From positions 15,424,418 through 15,488,417 of the forward strand of contig CAVNZM010000001.1 in the NCBI GenBank assembly GCA_963693365.1: a DNA stretch of 64,000 bases, read 5' to 3'. Numbering within the stretch: position 1 is the stretch's first letter; the number at the start of each line of letters is the position of its first letter. Source of the DNA: Amoebidium appalachense (lineage: Eukaryota > Protista > Ichthyosporea). Positions 14,601 to 25,565 of the stretch are shown here, piece after piece. The position numbers and the translations under genes are program-made. The notes below the pieces were generated by a model. It ran no database searches. It worked only from the letters and a program-made list of their open reading frames with translations, and was not told where the DNA came from.

Positions 14601-15614
14601 GAATGTGTTTTAGAGTACGAAGTAGACGTTCATAGCGGAAACAATGCAGAGTGCAAACCACACAAAAAATATGCCTTGGGGAGAGGGGGGGGGGAGAGGG
14701 CATACGAAGCGCGACGAGTTGTCGTTCTTGATGGTCTTTGCATTACCAAAGGCCTCGAGCACCGGGTTGCACTGCAGCAGCTGCTGCTCCAGTGTTCCTT
14801 GGCCCGAACCTGAACCGGCGGCGATGGTGGCCAAATACTGAATCACCTTCTTGGTGTTTTCAGTCTTACCAGCACCAGACTCACCCGTAATAAGAATGGA
14901 CTGGTTCTCGCGGTCCTGAAGCATGTCACGGTATGCGGTGTCGGCAATGTTGTAAACGTGGGGCGGAAGTTCAATGCGTCTCTTTCCCTTGTACGCGTTG
15001 ACCACCTCCGTGGTGTAGATGGGCAGGCGCTTGTACGGGTTGATCACCACACAGAACAGACCAGAGTATGTCTGTATGGGAAATATTTTGGGTGAGTGAA
15101 AGGGTTATCGGTAGGTGGCAGGGTTACACTGATAAGATAAGAACAACAACAACCTACTCACAACCCTCCCCCCCACCACACACACACAAACACACCCAAC
15201 CTCCCCTGAACACAGACACTGCCGATAGGATGTGAGTTTACCACGGGGCGCACAAGTGCGTAAACACCACAACAACACACATATTCTTTACTCTACTCCT
15301 TCACATCCCCTCCTCCCCCTCCCCCTCCCCCCCTGCGCCCCTCTCGCCCACCCCACATCGCCATCCTGCTCCCCTCCCCATCTTCCCTCCCTCCTCCCAC
15401 CCCCCCAACACATAAACCAACCTAAGCACACTCGCAAGGGTAACCTAGTGCATAAGGAAGCCAAAAAAACCTGGATCATACAAACTCTATGTCGCATACT
15501 CCCCTTCACCCTAAGTTTTTTCTGTTGTTTATCGGTCTCGTTCTGAATGTTCCAAATTTTATGCCCGCTCTTGCCCCCCCCCCCCCCCAACCCCCCCCTC
15601 CCTCCCTCCCTCCC

Positions 15615-15648
<34 letters not shown>

Positions 15649-15760
15649 GTTTTTTTTAAAAAAAAAACTGTCACTGCAGTCATCAAGCTCCCCCCCACCC
15701 CCACCCCCCCCCCCCCCCCCATTTTTTTTGGCTTTTTCCATCGTGTGGCTGTGTGTGTGT

Positions 15761-15808
<48 letters not shown>

Positions 15809-16148
15809 GACTACGCACATAAATCAGATTAGACTGATAGCGCTTGCGCAGATTGTCAAGCACAGCTGGCTCATTCAGATAGGCCAGGTCGGCCATGTCC
15901 TCCGCCTTGTCGAACTTTGGCGGGTTCATCTTATATGTGTCGTTAATGTTAATTTCTGCAAGTGCCCCGTTGGGCATCTTGACCTTAACGACGTCTCCCT
16001 TCTCCTCCACAATGTTAACGGCAAGGAAACCCTCCGCATCATCCTTTACCCAGATCCATTTTTGGGCGGCCCAGTCGGCCTGGGCAGCAGCGTCATTGAC
16101 GTCGCCCTTTTCCCTTTTCAGGATGGCCAAATCATCGTCGCCGGGCAT
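3698..16148 (-). CDS. Myosin II heavy chain, non-muscle/smooth type (MYH9/10/11/zipper-like), about 1926 aa, 15 coding exons
   Basis: Exons joined in frame with GT-AG: 16148-15819, 15071-14706, 14217-14055, 13452-12724, 12119-11110, 10809-10714, 10302-10126, 9770-9435, 9015-8752, 8336-8058, 7629-7429, 7029-6868, 6485-6150, 5587-4835, 4276-3698 (total 5781 nt). Motifs: P-loop GESGAGKT, switch I NDNSSRFGKF, switch [29 protein letters not shown] region, long heptad coiled-coil tail. [12 protein letters not shown] and RTVGQLY match the non-muscle class. Confidence 0.97.
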
Positions 16149-18009
16149 TTTCGCGTGTTTTCAAATACCTGTGGGAGAAACGGATGTATGGTTAGGAACA
16201 AGCCAACATGTAGAATGATGAGAAGCAACTGGGAGGGAGGGAAAACCAAGGCAGCATCACAGCACAGACGTAAACTTGTGTGTTGCATCAGTTCTATTAA
16301 ACGTGTTGTGGTGTAATACTTTACTCCCGTTGTCTTTTTATGCACCTACACCTTCAGTCCCGCAACTCCCCTATCTCGCTGGATCTACGCATTTCTGGAA
16401 AGGGCCGTTAACCCCCCCCAAAAAATGGAAGTTTCGCTAAACGGGAGACGCAAAAATATAAAAATAAACTGTTCCCTCTTTCCCTTCGCCCTTTTGGCTG
16501 TTGTTGCAAAACTCATTTGCACTCTCCCCGTACGAGATCTCATGCAAGGCATTATGCTGCTCCTTCTTTGGGTACGACTATGCATGCAAGGTGTGGCTTT
16601 CGTTCCAGATCCTTAAATAATGTTACATTAAAGATCCTGCTACAGAGAGCTTGTCTATATCTGGGGAGGATTCAAGGGCTCTATAGCCTAGGAGAAAGGA
16701 GGGAACGGGAGCAGGGTGAGTTACCTCCACACAACAGTGTTGTGGTGGACTGGTGACGGAGGCGTCGCACTTCGTGGGTTTTGTTTACGGCCAAGGGTGC
16801 TTGGTATTCCGTAAATATGTCCAGCAATTTCGGTTGGTCTTCTTGGTTATCCCGATGACGGTAAAGCTCGTGTACGAGCAGATTCGATGCAGAAAATAGA
16901 ACTATGAAGGCCCTACAGTCAGAACTCAAAATGAAAAGAGATATATGCATTTAGAAATTTCTATCACGGACAGCAGCACTATATAATAGTCAATATATGG
17001 CGAAAGGTTCTTTATTCAAATTTGATTACTATCACCATGCCAACACATCGTGATCCTATCAACATAATCCAAGAATAGAACATTATGATAGTTTTCGGGC
17101 TATATTTGCGCCAGAAAAGGCATAGGAACGGCTTTCACTATCATTTTGCCGTGGACTTCCTGCCTTATTTGGTAAGTATGTTCACGCAGACTTTATGAGC
17201 CGCTCAATGATTGGGCATCCCCAAGAGACTTGGATTCGCATTCACTTGATTGGGGTAGAGCGCAATTAGCGTGTGTTTCGAAGTGCGAGCGGTGCAAAAT
17301 GATGCGCGAAAAAAAAGCAATCCTTTTGTTGGATTTTCACCTTATAGATCACTAACTACACTGTAATGTACACTGCGAAGTTTCTAAAGTATAATATTTT
17401 CGCGTTTTGCTGCTAAAAGGGTAAAAAATGCTCTCTTTTTTCAACCTCAAGCTCAGGAATATCACAACCAAAATTCCTGAGCGCCTGCTCCGCACCGATG
17501 CCAACTTGCACTGCCAAGTTGGTCGAGGTAACGTGAGAATCATAATTCAAAAGCATCATAGGCTATACATTTTATTTGCTAGAGCATAGTTTTTTAAGGC
17601 TTTTCTCTCATTTTTCTAATCTTATCTTGTCGTCTCTTGTCTTTTTCAGAATGGTAACGGGTCTTCATCTGTTGTTATGACGCAACCCTGAAAAGTAGAA
17701 AAATCAACATAGTGATTGGATGAACGCGAACCAGCAACCAGCAGTGCCTGATCCTAATCCAATCGGAACGTTGTTTACAAAACACAGTGTTTCACACACT
17801 TGCACACTGTACATGTACACAGCACACTGCACGGAACGTCACCAGGCAGGTCTGCCATCAAGCACTCCACAGATTGCTCACAGACAGTGTGTGCCACCTG
17901 TCACACCACCACACAACACACACATACGAACGACATGATACAACAATATATTGTAATGTATGCGTATGATCCCGTCGACTCGTAGCGTACCCGCCAATAG
18001 CCAGACAAG

Positions 18010-18066
18010 CATGTGCGCACGCACGTGCATGGTGAACAATATGTGTGCGTGGGTGTGGGATTGTGA

Positions 18067-18123
<57 letters not shown>

Positions 18124-18520
18124 CGTGTGCGTGCGCGTGCGCGTTTTTGACACCTACTACCGTATGTGCGTTTGTCAGGGTGTGCCCGTGTGTTCCCCCG
18201 TGTGTGTACACGTGTGTTGTGTGTGTGTGTGTGTACGTGCGCACGTATATACGTACGTGTTTGCGTGCACGTGTACGTGTTACTAGGTGTACGTGTCACA
18301 GAGACTGAGCGGGCGACTGCGTGCGTTTGTACATGTGGCACCATGTGTGCATGTGTTGATACATGTGTGCGTGTGTGTGCGTGTGTGTGCACGTGTGATT
18401 GTCCACGTGTGTGCGTGTATGTGTGTGGCTGTGACACTGTGTGTGTATGCGTGCGTATGTTTATGTGCACCTGCAGGTGACTGTGTGCTGTGTGTACGTG
18501 TGTGACTGTGTGTGTGGGAA
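18010..18520. repeat. Long degenerate (GT)n microsatellite field
   Basis: About 500 bp of pure and interrupted GT/GC dinucleotide repeat. A degenerate (CA)n field lies at about 19870-20170. Confidence 0.85.
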
Positions 18521-18720
18521 TATGAATTCAATTCAAAATATCATTAAGGGGTTAAGTTATTATTTATTTGTAAAGTTTATTGGGGGGGGGGGGGGAGGGG
18601 GGTGGGTGGGTGGGGTGGGGGGTGGGGTGGGGAGGGGCCAGCCTGGGGGGGGGGGGGGTTGGGGGGGGGGGGAACTATCAAAAAAACCGTCATTTATGTC
18701 TAAACGTGGGTTGCCCGTTG

Positions 18721-18765
<45 letters not shown>

Positions 18766-19386
18766 GAGGGGGGAGAGAGAATGGAAGGCATTTTGTAACA
18801 CAACATCCGATAGTATAACAGCTAGGAGAACCTCACCAGGCCCACCATAGTAACAGGAAGTAGTAATTGTCATCTTCCCAAAATAACAATAATCTCTTGG
18901 GGGCCTTGGAGGGGAGGGGGATCTCGAGGGGGAGGGTGGGGAGGGGAGCCGCCCCCCCCCCCCCCCCCTTCCTCCCAGGGGATAGTCCTCGGCTAGGTCT
19001 GACTCGGATCTCCTCCCTGTATTAAAATGTGTGTTACGAAATGCTTTCCCTTCCCTTCCCCCCCCCCCCCCCCCCTCTCCCTCCCCTCCCCCACCTCCGC
19101 CCCCCCCCCCCCCCCCCACCCACCCACTCCTCAGGCTCCCATCCCCACCCCCTTCCCCCCCCCCCCCCCCCCCATGTTGCCATTAGTAGCATATCCAGGG
19201 TATTTGGCAGTGGCCACGTGGTTTACATACATATGACTACAACGAGAACAGTAAATTCCGGGTCATTAGGAGCCCTTTCCGATAAATTTACTAATAGGCT
19301 AAACAATCAATCTACTGGGCATCCACCACCCCCTCACCCCCCCCCAAACCCCAACCCCCACCCCCCCCACACACACAAGAACAAGC

Positions 19387-19418
<32 letters not shown>

Positions 19419-19455
19419 GCAGACACACACGCGCGCGCGCGCGTGCGCAAGCACG

Positions 19456-19488
<33 letters not shown>

Positions 19489-20831
19489 CTCCCGGCCCAG
19501 GGCTCCCACCTTCAGCTTCCGGATCCGGAATTGATTTTATTAACCTTCCGTGCTCTGGGCCCGCGCCCCCTTACAGGTTTATAACTTTCACAGTGTGGTT
19601 TCAATGCTTGTTGCACACTCGTTCCGGAGAGCGAATCCCCCCCCCCCCCCCCCCCCCCCCCCCCCAGTTTCTGCCCCCCGGACGTGCATATTTCAATCTC
19701 TGCCCAGACTAGTCTTGCAGAGTGTGGTTCTGTGCACGCAATGCTCAAACGCCACTGGCCACCGGCACCATTACTGACACCATGCTACGTTGCCATGGGT
19801 CGTATCACCAGCGGAAAATCAGTCTCCCAAGTTTGCGCACTGTCACTCTATACTAGACGCCGTGGCTTCAACACACACAAACCGTGACACACGTGCGCAC
19901 ACATGCAAGCACACGCACACGCACCGTCGCGCGCGCACACACACACACGCACACATGCACTGGCACACGCCAACACACATGCACTGTAGCACACACACGT
20001 ACATGCACTCTACAAGCTCGCACGCACACCCGGGCGTGAGCACGGCAACCAGTAGCAATATTACACACAGGTGCACACAATTGAACACAGTGATCTGCAC
20101 GTAACTACGTATACACACATGTGCCACGGAAGATTTAGTGGTGCACACGCAGTGACACACGCACAGGTAAATACACTTCGAATCAGCCATCGTAAAGGCC
20201 CCCCAACCACGCAAGCTGAATTATTCTGCCAAAAGCAGAGTAATTCAGCTTTTTTCAGAATAATACGGCTTGTAGCAGAATACTGATTCTGCTAAAAGCA
20301 ACTTCACTCATGATCAGCCCGTGTGGTTGGGTCCTCCGTAACCCATCATATGATACACATGCACATATGAAAGACAATCGGACTCACATGCCATAATTAT
20401 TATGATATCTGTTCTTTGCTACCATGAACTAAAGCTACGCATGCGCACTCCTCTTTAATCATCGAAATATGTTGTGGATATATTTTTACAGCTTAAATAG
20501 AAGAAGACTGACGGACACCACATGTATACAGCATGCCCTGACTGTTTTTTTATTATGGATTTTGTTACTGGGATACGTGTCACGTAGAAGATGCCAATTG
20601 ATTAAAGGCATGCAGGCATGATCATCATTCAGAACAACACACCACACGTGACTCACTGGCACACGACACCCACACCGGTACCCACACAAGCACGCACGCA
20701 CGCACACAGACACCGTGGCACACATAAAATCACACACGTTTACACGTCGCTAAGTCGCTAGCACATACCGTGGTCCAATGTATTAGATGGTGCAGGAGGA
20801 GCCTCACAGTGCTGCAAATACCCATCATATT

Positions 20832-20939
20832 AGTCGCACACATCGATTCAGTCGCACACATCGATTCAGTCGCACACATCGATTCAGTCGCACACATCGA
20901 TTCAGTCGCACACATCGATTCAGTCGCACACATCGATTC
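20832..20939 (+). repeat. Perfect 18-bp tandem array, 6 copies
   Basis: AGTCGCACACATCGATTC x6 with no spacers, ending about 105 bp upstream of LINE ORF1. Confidence 0.97.
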
Positions 20940-21045
20940 AAATGTCGCTCTTTATTATCTGCTAATAAATAGTATCCTTCGCGCATCCACCCCTAAACCA
21001 GGCCATCCGTGGCCCTAAGGGCCGGGGAACACCCCCATCCATGTC

Positions 21046-22221
21046 ATGGCACATGCCTATAATCGTTTCAGAACCTCTTTCAAAGTTCCATCTACACCCA
21101 TCACACATGTGCGACCATTAAAACGTCCAGCAGATACACCTACCACAGATGCACAACCAGAAAAACATCGCCTTAGACTAAGCGCAACACCTATTTACAA
21201 TACACTACCCATTCAGAATAACACCACACCACTCCGTAGAAACACAATAACAACCATGCCGAAACTTTCGGTTGATACAGTACTGGCAGAACTTGCCCTC
21301 GTTAAGAAACAGCTAAATGAGCTGTTACCACTCAAGAACATGATAGAAAAACTCCAAACAGAAAATACCCAACTCAAGCTCACCATTGATTCACTCACAG
21401 CCCAGCTAAACATTAGTGGATCGCAAAACCCCAAAACTCATGAGCAAACATCTCGCGACGGAGACATTTCCACCCCAACACAAAACAACACAGGACCGGA
21501 AGCACAGCTCCCGGCAGAGTTCCTAGAATATGCGAACTCTCGTAAAACACCCGAGCTCCGCCAAATTGCCAAGGAAACATATGCCAGCATTCTTGCAGGC
21601 AACGAGTACCGCCGCAACTCCCCTCCCAAACCGCCGGCTAAGGGGAACACCCAAGCAAACGGTAACATCAACATCCCACCCAAATACGAGAGGGTGTATT
21701 TCAAAGTCAAGCACGGCAGACGCCCACACAGGGCCATGTGGTCCATCTTCAAGGCTCTCGGCTTCCGGTGCTCTCGCATCCTTTGTCTGTCCTTCATTGG
21801 ATACGATGTGCTGGAAGTAGCAGTACGGGGCGACTATAACCGTGCGTTCATCCGTGACGCGACAAAGGGGTGTGGAAGCTTCTTCACCCACCTCCCAAGC
21901 TACGACCCATGCGCGCCGGAAAACATTCAGAAAGCAGACAAAGAACGTAAAGTGTCTGCTAAGAATGCGTGCGCCACACGTTGTCGTGTACGCATCAGCA
22001 AGGCAAAAGAGTTCCTCGCAAAGTTGGAAAACGATGCTACGAGCGTGATAGACACGGACACGAAGGAACCAATGTTTTCTGGTGAGAAACTGCTCGAGCG
22101 CAAACGCCGATGCGAGATGGAAATCGAGCTCTTCTGCGAACTGTTCGCGCTGGGGTCATACGACCCCGTAAGCGACAAGTGGGAACCAACCCCACAGGTG
22201 TCGGACCAAACCGATGCCTAA
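21046..22221 (+). CDS. LINE ORF1 protein (coiled coil plus putative nucleic-acid-binding domain), 391 aa
   Basis: Intronless ORF directly upstream of ORF2 and overlapping it by 8 nt (ATGCCTAA). Heptad stretch LAELALVKKQL...IEKLQTENTQLKLTIDSL. Confidence 0.85.
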   Translation: MAHAYNRFRTSFKVPSTPITHVRPLKRPADTPTTDAQPEKHRLRLSATPIYNTLPIQNNTTPLRRNTITTMPKLSVDTVLAELALVKKQLNELLPLKNMIEKLQTENTQLKLTIDSLTAQLNISGSQNPKTHEQTSRDGDISTPTQNNTGPEAQLPAEFLEYANSRKTPELRQIAKETYASILAGNEYRRNSPPKPPAKGNTQANGNINIPPKYERVYFKVKHGRRPHRAMWSIFKALGFRCSRILCLSFIGYDVLEVAVRGDYNRAFIRDATKGCGSFFTHLPSYDPCAPENIQKADKERKVSAKNACATRCRVRISKAKEFLAKLENDATSVIDTDTKEPMFSGEKLLERKRRCEMEIELFCELFALGSYDPVSDKWEPTPQVSDQTDA

Positions 22222-25200
22222 TTTATCCTTCTTCTTCTGGAATGCTCGGACACTGGGCCCCCAAAAGGGCCTCCCCCCCGGGACACTCGACGATAAAATC
22301 AGCTACATACAACAACAGACAAACAACCACACGTTTACAGTGATTTGCGAAACACAGTTTAAAAACCACCACAAATTCAACTCTACATTGGTCGACACAT
22401 CCACACACCCCGGTTACGCGAAAAACCGAGGCATTATTGTACTTGCCGCACCACACGTGAGAGTGAAGTGCAAACCGGTAGCAAAAACGGAATTCTCGGT
22501 TTCTATAGAGTTTCTTTCTAATGTTTTTACTTTTGTATATTACCCACCATCTATGTCGGTTGTCGAATTGACTCACGAGTTGTCACAGTTACCAATGTCC
22601 ACTGTTATTTTAGGTGATTTTAACACGCGACTCCACCACACAGACACACTGCAAGTGAGTGTCGGGTACCCATCTAAGCCCCCGGAGCGTGCTATCCCTT
22701 TAGCAAGGTATGTCCAAAGTCACACTTTGCGGTTCCCTCAAATATCCCATGCCCACAACACCGACTGGGGAGTGGCCTTTTGGCCATCAACCATGTCAAA
22801 ACTCTCTCTCCCTCCTAACCTCTCTAGGTCATCTGACCACTCTCCTATCCTTTTCCTACCTAAGATCTCCCTTGATCTGCTCCCCCCTCCCCCTCCCACC
22901 TTTCGCCTCCGTCTATCCCAGCTTAAGTCACAGTGGGGTAGAGTTGATGTATGTGTATGCTATGCTACGAAACACCCTATATATATGCGCCTATTAGAAT
23001 CTGCACAAGCCAGGCCAGATTCACATCTCGTACTAGATACATGCACTAACTTTATTGTTGATGATTTGATAGATCTCGGTGATTATGCTGGCGGTGGTAG
23101 GAAGGAATATCCCGATGCTCTCTTGTTACCAAACACCACTCCCGCTAGACTAGGTGAACCCCTGTCTCAAAAGGAAAGCTTGCGCCGGCTTGCTAGTATG
23201 AATCGATTTGGCCCCCCTGCTCGTATTATTGGTGATACCACTGGAGACCCCCTCATAGACTCTGATAAGTATTTCTCGGAACTGTTTAAAGATAGGACCC
23301 CCGCTCAGAAACCTATTGTGTGGCCTGTAGACCCATCTATCCCCATAGAATCGATCCTCCCCTTTTTCAGTCCCGATGCCATATGGTCTGTGATATCTAG
23401 TTATAGCTCTAGTAAGTCTTGTGGACCTGATGGACTCCCTGCTGGGTTTCTTAAAATCCTTGTTCCCTCCTACCCACAAAAGGAAAGTGATCGTGCTATT
23501 AAACCTGATCTTACTATCATGTTAAGCTCTCTCTTTTCTTGGTGTGTTAAATGTGGACATGTCCCGTCATCTTGGTTAGATACCTTAGTGATCCCCATAG
23601 TTAAGAAGGACTCTGAGGGCCCCATATCATCCTTTCGCCCCATTACACTAACCCAGGTTGTTCGTAGATTCTTTGAAGCTTGCTTACTTAGGTTATTTGC
23701 CCATCACCCTAGGTTTCAATCTATTCTTCACATACACCCATGCCAATCCGCTTTTCGTAAAAACAATTCATGTTATGTTCAAATAATGGCACTGCACGAT
23801 TCTATGCAAGTTGGTGCACAATATGTTGGCTTTATTGATTGGAAAACTGCTTACGATTCTGTCTCCCCTGGTCTCCTATGGGAAAAGCTTGCTGCACGGG
23901 GTGTACCACACTGCATTGGTGTTCTGTTAGAAGCACTCTTGTCTCAAACCTATGGTAGAGCTGTGGTTAATGGGCATCTTTCATATGGTTTTGCTCGTAC
24001 TAGAGGTCTCTTGCAGGGCTCATTGCTTAGCCCCTTTTTGTTTAACCTATTTATAGATGATTTGGCTGTCAAGATTTACGCCGAAAACGATGACCCTATT
24101 AATAACTTTCCGCCTGCACTTCTCTATGCTGATGATCTGTCCCTCCTTGCCCGTACCCCTAGACGCCTGCAAAGATTGTTCGATGTAGTGTCAGAGTGGT
24201 GCAAGGCAAACCTTATGATCCTTAACATAGACAAATGTGGTGTTCTTGTACCTGATATAGCTAACAATTTACACACATTTACATTATCATCTAAACCTGT
24301 ACCTATAGTTCCAGAATACAAATATCTTGGTGTTCCGGTTGATTCTGTTGGTGTTATGTTTCCCCATATGGTCGAAAAGAGGGTAGAGTTGGCTCGTAAG
24401 CGGTTAGCTTTCTTCTCGGCTAATATTTTTAAAGACACACCCCTCCATCCTTCTATTAGACTTACATTTATTCGCACTTTTGTCTTCCCGGCATGTGAAT
24501 ATGGTTTACCCCTTCTCGCCGCTTGGATCAAGAAAGAGAGAACTAGAGCGCTTAAACCCTTGGCAAATTTCCTTGAAGCAGAAGTTGCCTCCTTTCTATC
24601 TAACAACTGTTGTAAACCTGGGCCTGTAACGCTCTCGATATATGGTCTGGTCCCAATAGCTGCTAGAGTATCCTATCTCGCGCTGAAATTCAATAAGCAC
24701 ATAAGCCGCTTAAAGAAGTATTTGCCCTCCCACCCTCTCTTCTCTATCCGACCTGTCCCCTCCTCACCTCTCCCCTCTTTCCTCCCCTCTCTCTCCCCTT
24801 CTCCCCTGGGCACAAATACAAATAAACCCCGCAATAGTGTGTGTGTGACTTTGGACTGCCACTTACTTATTAAACATGTACACAATCACAAGATAATCAC
24901 GCAATATAACAAATGGAAAAAGATACCAAACGACACTAGACCCGATGAAAGCATACACCTTGAAAAACTAAGCCTTATGTCTCGTTTTATATATACTGAC
25001 CGCCTCAACCATATTGCCAAATATGGCACTCGCAAGTGTATAACACCTAAATACATATTACCTTCCTGTAGAACTGGTCTTTCTCTAGCTGATGGTATTA
25101 TTGATCAATTACCACGCTTTTACTGTACACGTGCTATACAGTGGAGATCTAATAAGTATAAGGTGGCATCATTTGCATGCCCAAACAACACACACACACA

Positions 25201-25408
25201 CCAGTTTAACCGGTCATGTATCGCCAAATGTAGTTTGATAGACCACATAATACCGCAACACACACACGTCACATTCACAACAGACACCCAGAAAGATAGC
25301 CTACCTGTAAATTACAACATCCTTGATTTTATACTAAACACGCGTAACTACGACCTGTTTATTAGATGTATTGATTGGCTTGAGAAACACATCACTACAA
25401 AATTATAG
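22214..25408 (+). CDS. LINE ORF2: apurinic endonuclease plus reverse transcriptase, 1064 aa
   Basis: APE motifs WNART, ICET, ILGDFN and SDHSPI. RT motifs KSCGPDG, FRPITL, FIDWKTAYDSV, GLLQGSLLSPFLFNLFID, YADD and YKYLG. C-terminal Cys/His cluster. Confidence 0.97.
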   Translation: MPNLSFFFWNARTLGPQKGLPPGTLDDKISYIQQQTNNHTFTVICETQFKNHHKFNSTLVDTSTHPGYAKNRGIIVLAAPHVRVKCKPVAKTEFSVSIEFLSNVFTFVYYPPSMSVVELTHELSQLPMSTVILGDFNTRLHHTDTLQVSVGYPSKPPERAIPLARYVQSHTLRFPQISHAHNTDWGVAFWPSTMSKLSLPPNLSRSSDHSPILFLPKISLDLLPPPPPTFRLRLSQLKSQWGRVDVCVCYATKHPIYMRLLESAQARPDSHLVLDTCTNFIVDDLIDLGDYAGGGRKEYPDALLLPNTTPARLGEPLSQKESLRRLASMNRFGPPARIIGDTTGDPLIDSDKYFSELFKDRTPAQKPIVWPVDPSIPIESILPFFSPDAIWSVISSYSSSKSCGPDGLPAGFLKILVPSYPQKESDRAIKPDLTIMLSSLFSWCVKCGHVPSSWLDTLVIPIVKKDSEGPISSFRPITLTQVVRRFFEACLLRLFAHHPRFQSILHIHPCQSAFRKNNSCYVQIMALHDSMQVGAQYVGFIDWKTAYDSVSPGLLWEKLAARGVPHCIGVLLEALLSQTYGRAVVNGHLSYGFARTRGLLQGSLLSPFLFNLFIDDLAVKIYAENDDPINNFPPALLYADDLSLLARTPRRLQRLFDVVSEWCKANLMILNIDKCGVLVPDIANNLHTFTLSSKPVPIVPEYKYLGVPVDSVGVMFPHMVEKRVELARKRLAFFSANIFKDTPLHPSIRLTFIRTFVFPACEYGLPLLAAWIKKERTRALKPLANFLEAEVASFLSNNCCKPGPVTLSIYGLVPIAARVSYLALKFNKHISRLKKYLPSHPLFSIRPVPSSPLPSFLPSLSPSPLGTNTNKPRNSVCVTLDCHLLIKHVHNHKIITQYNKWKKIPNDTRPDESIHLEKLSLMSRFIYTDRLNHIAKYGTRKCITPKYILPSCRTGLSLADGIIDQLPRFYCTRAIQWRSNKYKVASFACPNNTHTHQFNRSCIAKCSLIDHIIPQHTHVTFTTDTQKDSLPVNYNILDFILNTRNYDLFIRCIDWLEKHITTKL

Positions 25409-25428
25409 CGCACGCGCACACACACACA

Positions 25429-25481
<53 letters not shown>

Positions 25482-25513
25482 CCAGCTGATACCGAGTGTC
25501 CCGAGGGGAGCCC

Positions 25514-25565
<52 letters not shown>

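Larger units (their letters stand above)
21031..25564 (+). mobile_element. Intact APE-type non-LTR retrotransposon (LINE)
   Basis: Two intronless open ORFs, a short 3' UTR containing (CA)n (25409-25480) and a poly(A) tail (25518-25564). Candidate 8-bp TSD CGGGGAAC at 21023-21030 and 25565-25572. The 5' boundary could instead include the 18-bp array. Confidence 0.92.

Noticed and set aside
16681-16950. 89-aa minus-strand ORF upstream of myosin
   Set aside because: No domain or splice support. The myosin start at 16148 already gives a full-length protein.
20832-20939. CRISPR-like array
   Set aside because: Units are contiguous with no spacers, there are no cas genes, and the context is eukaryotic.
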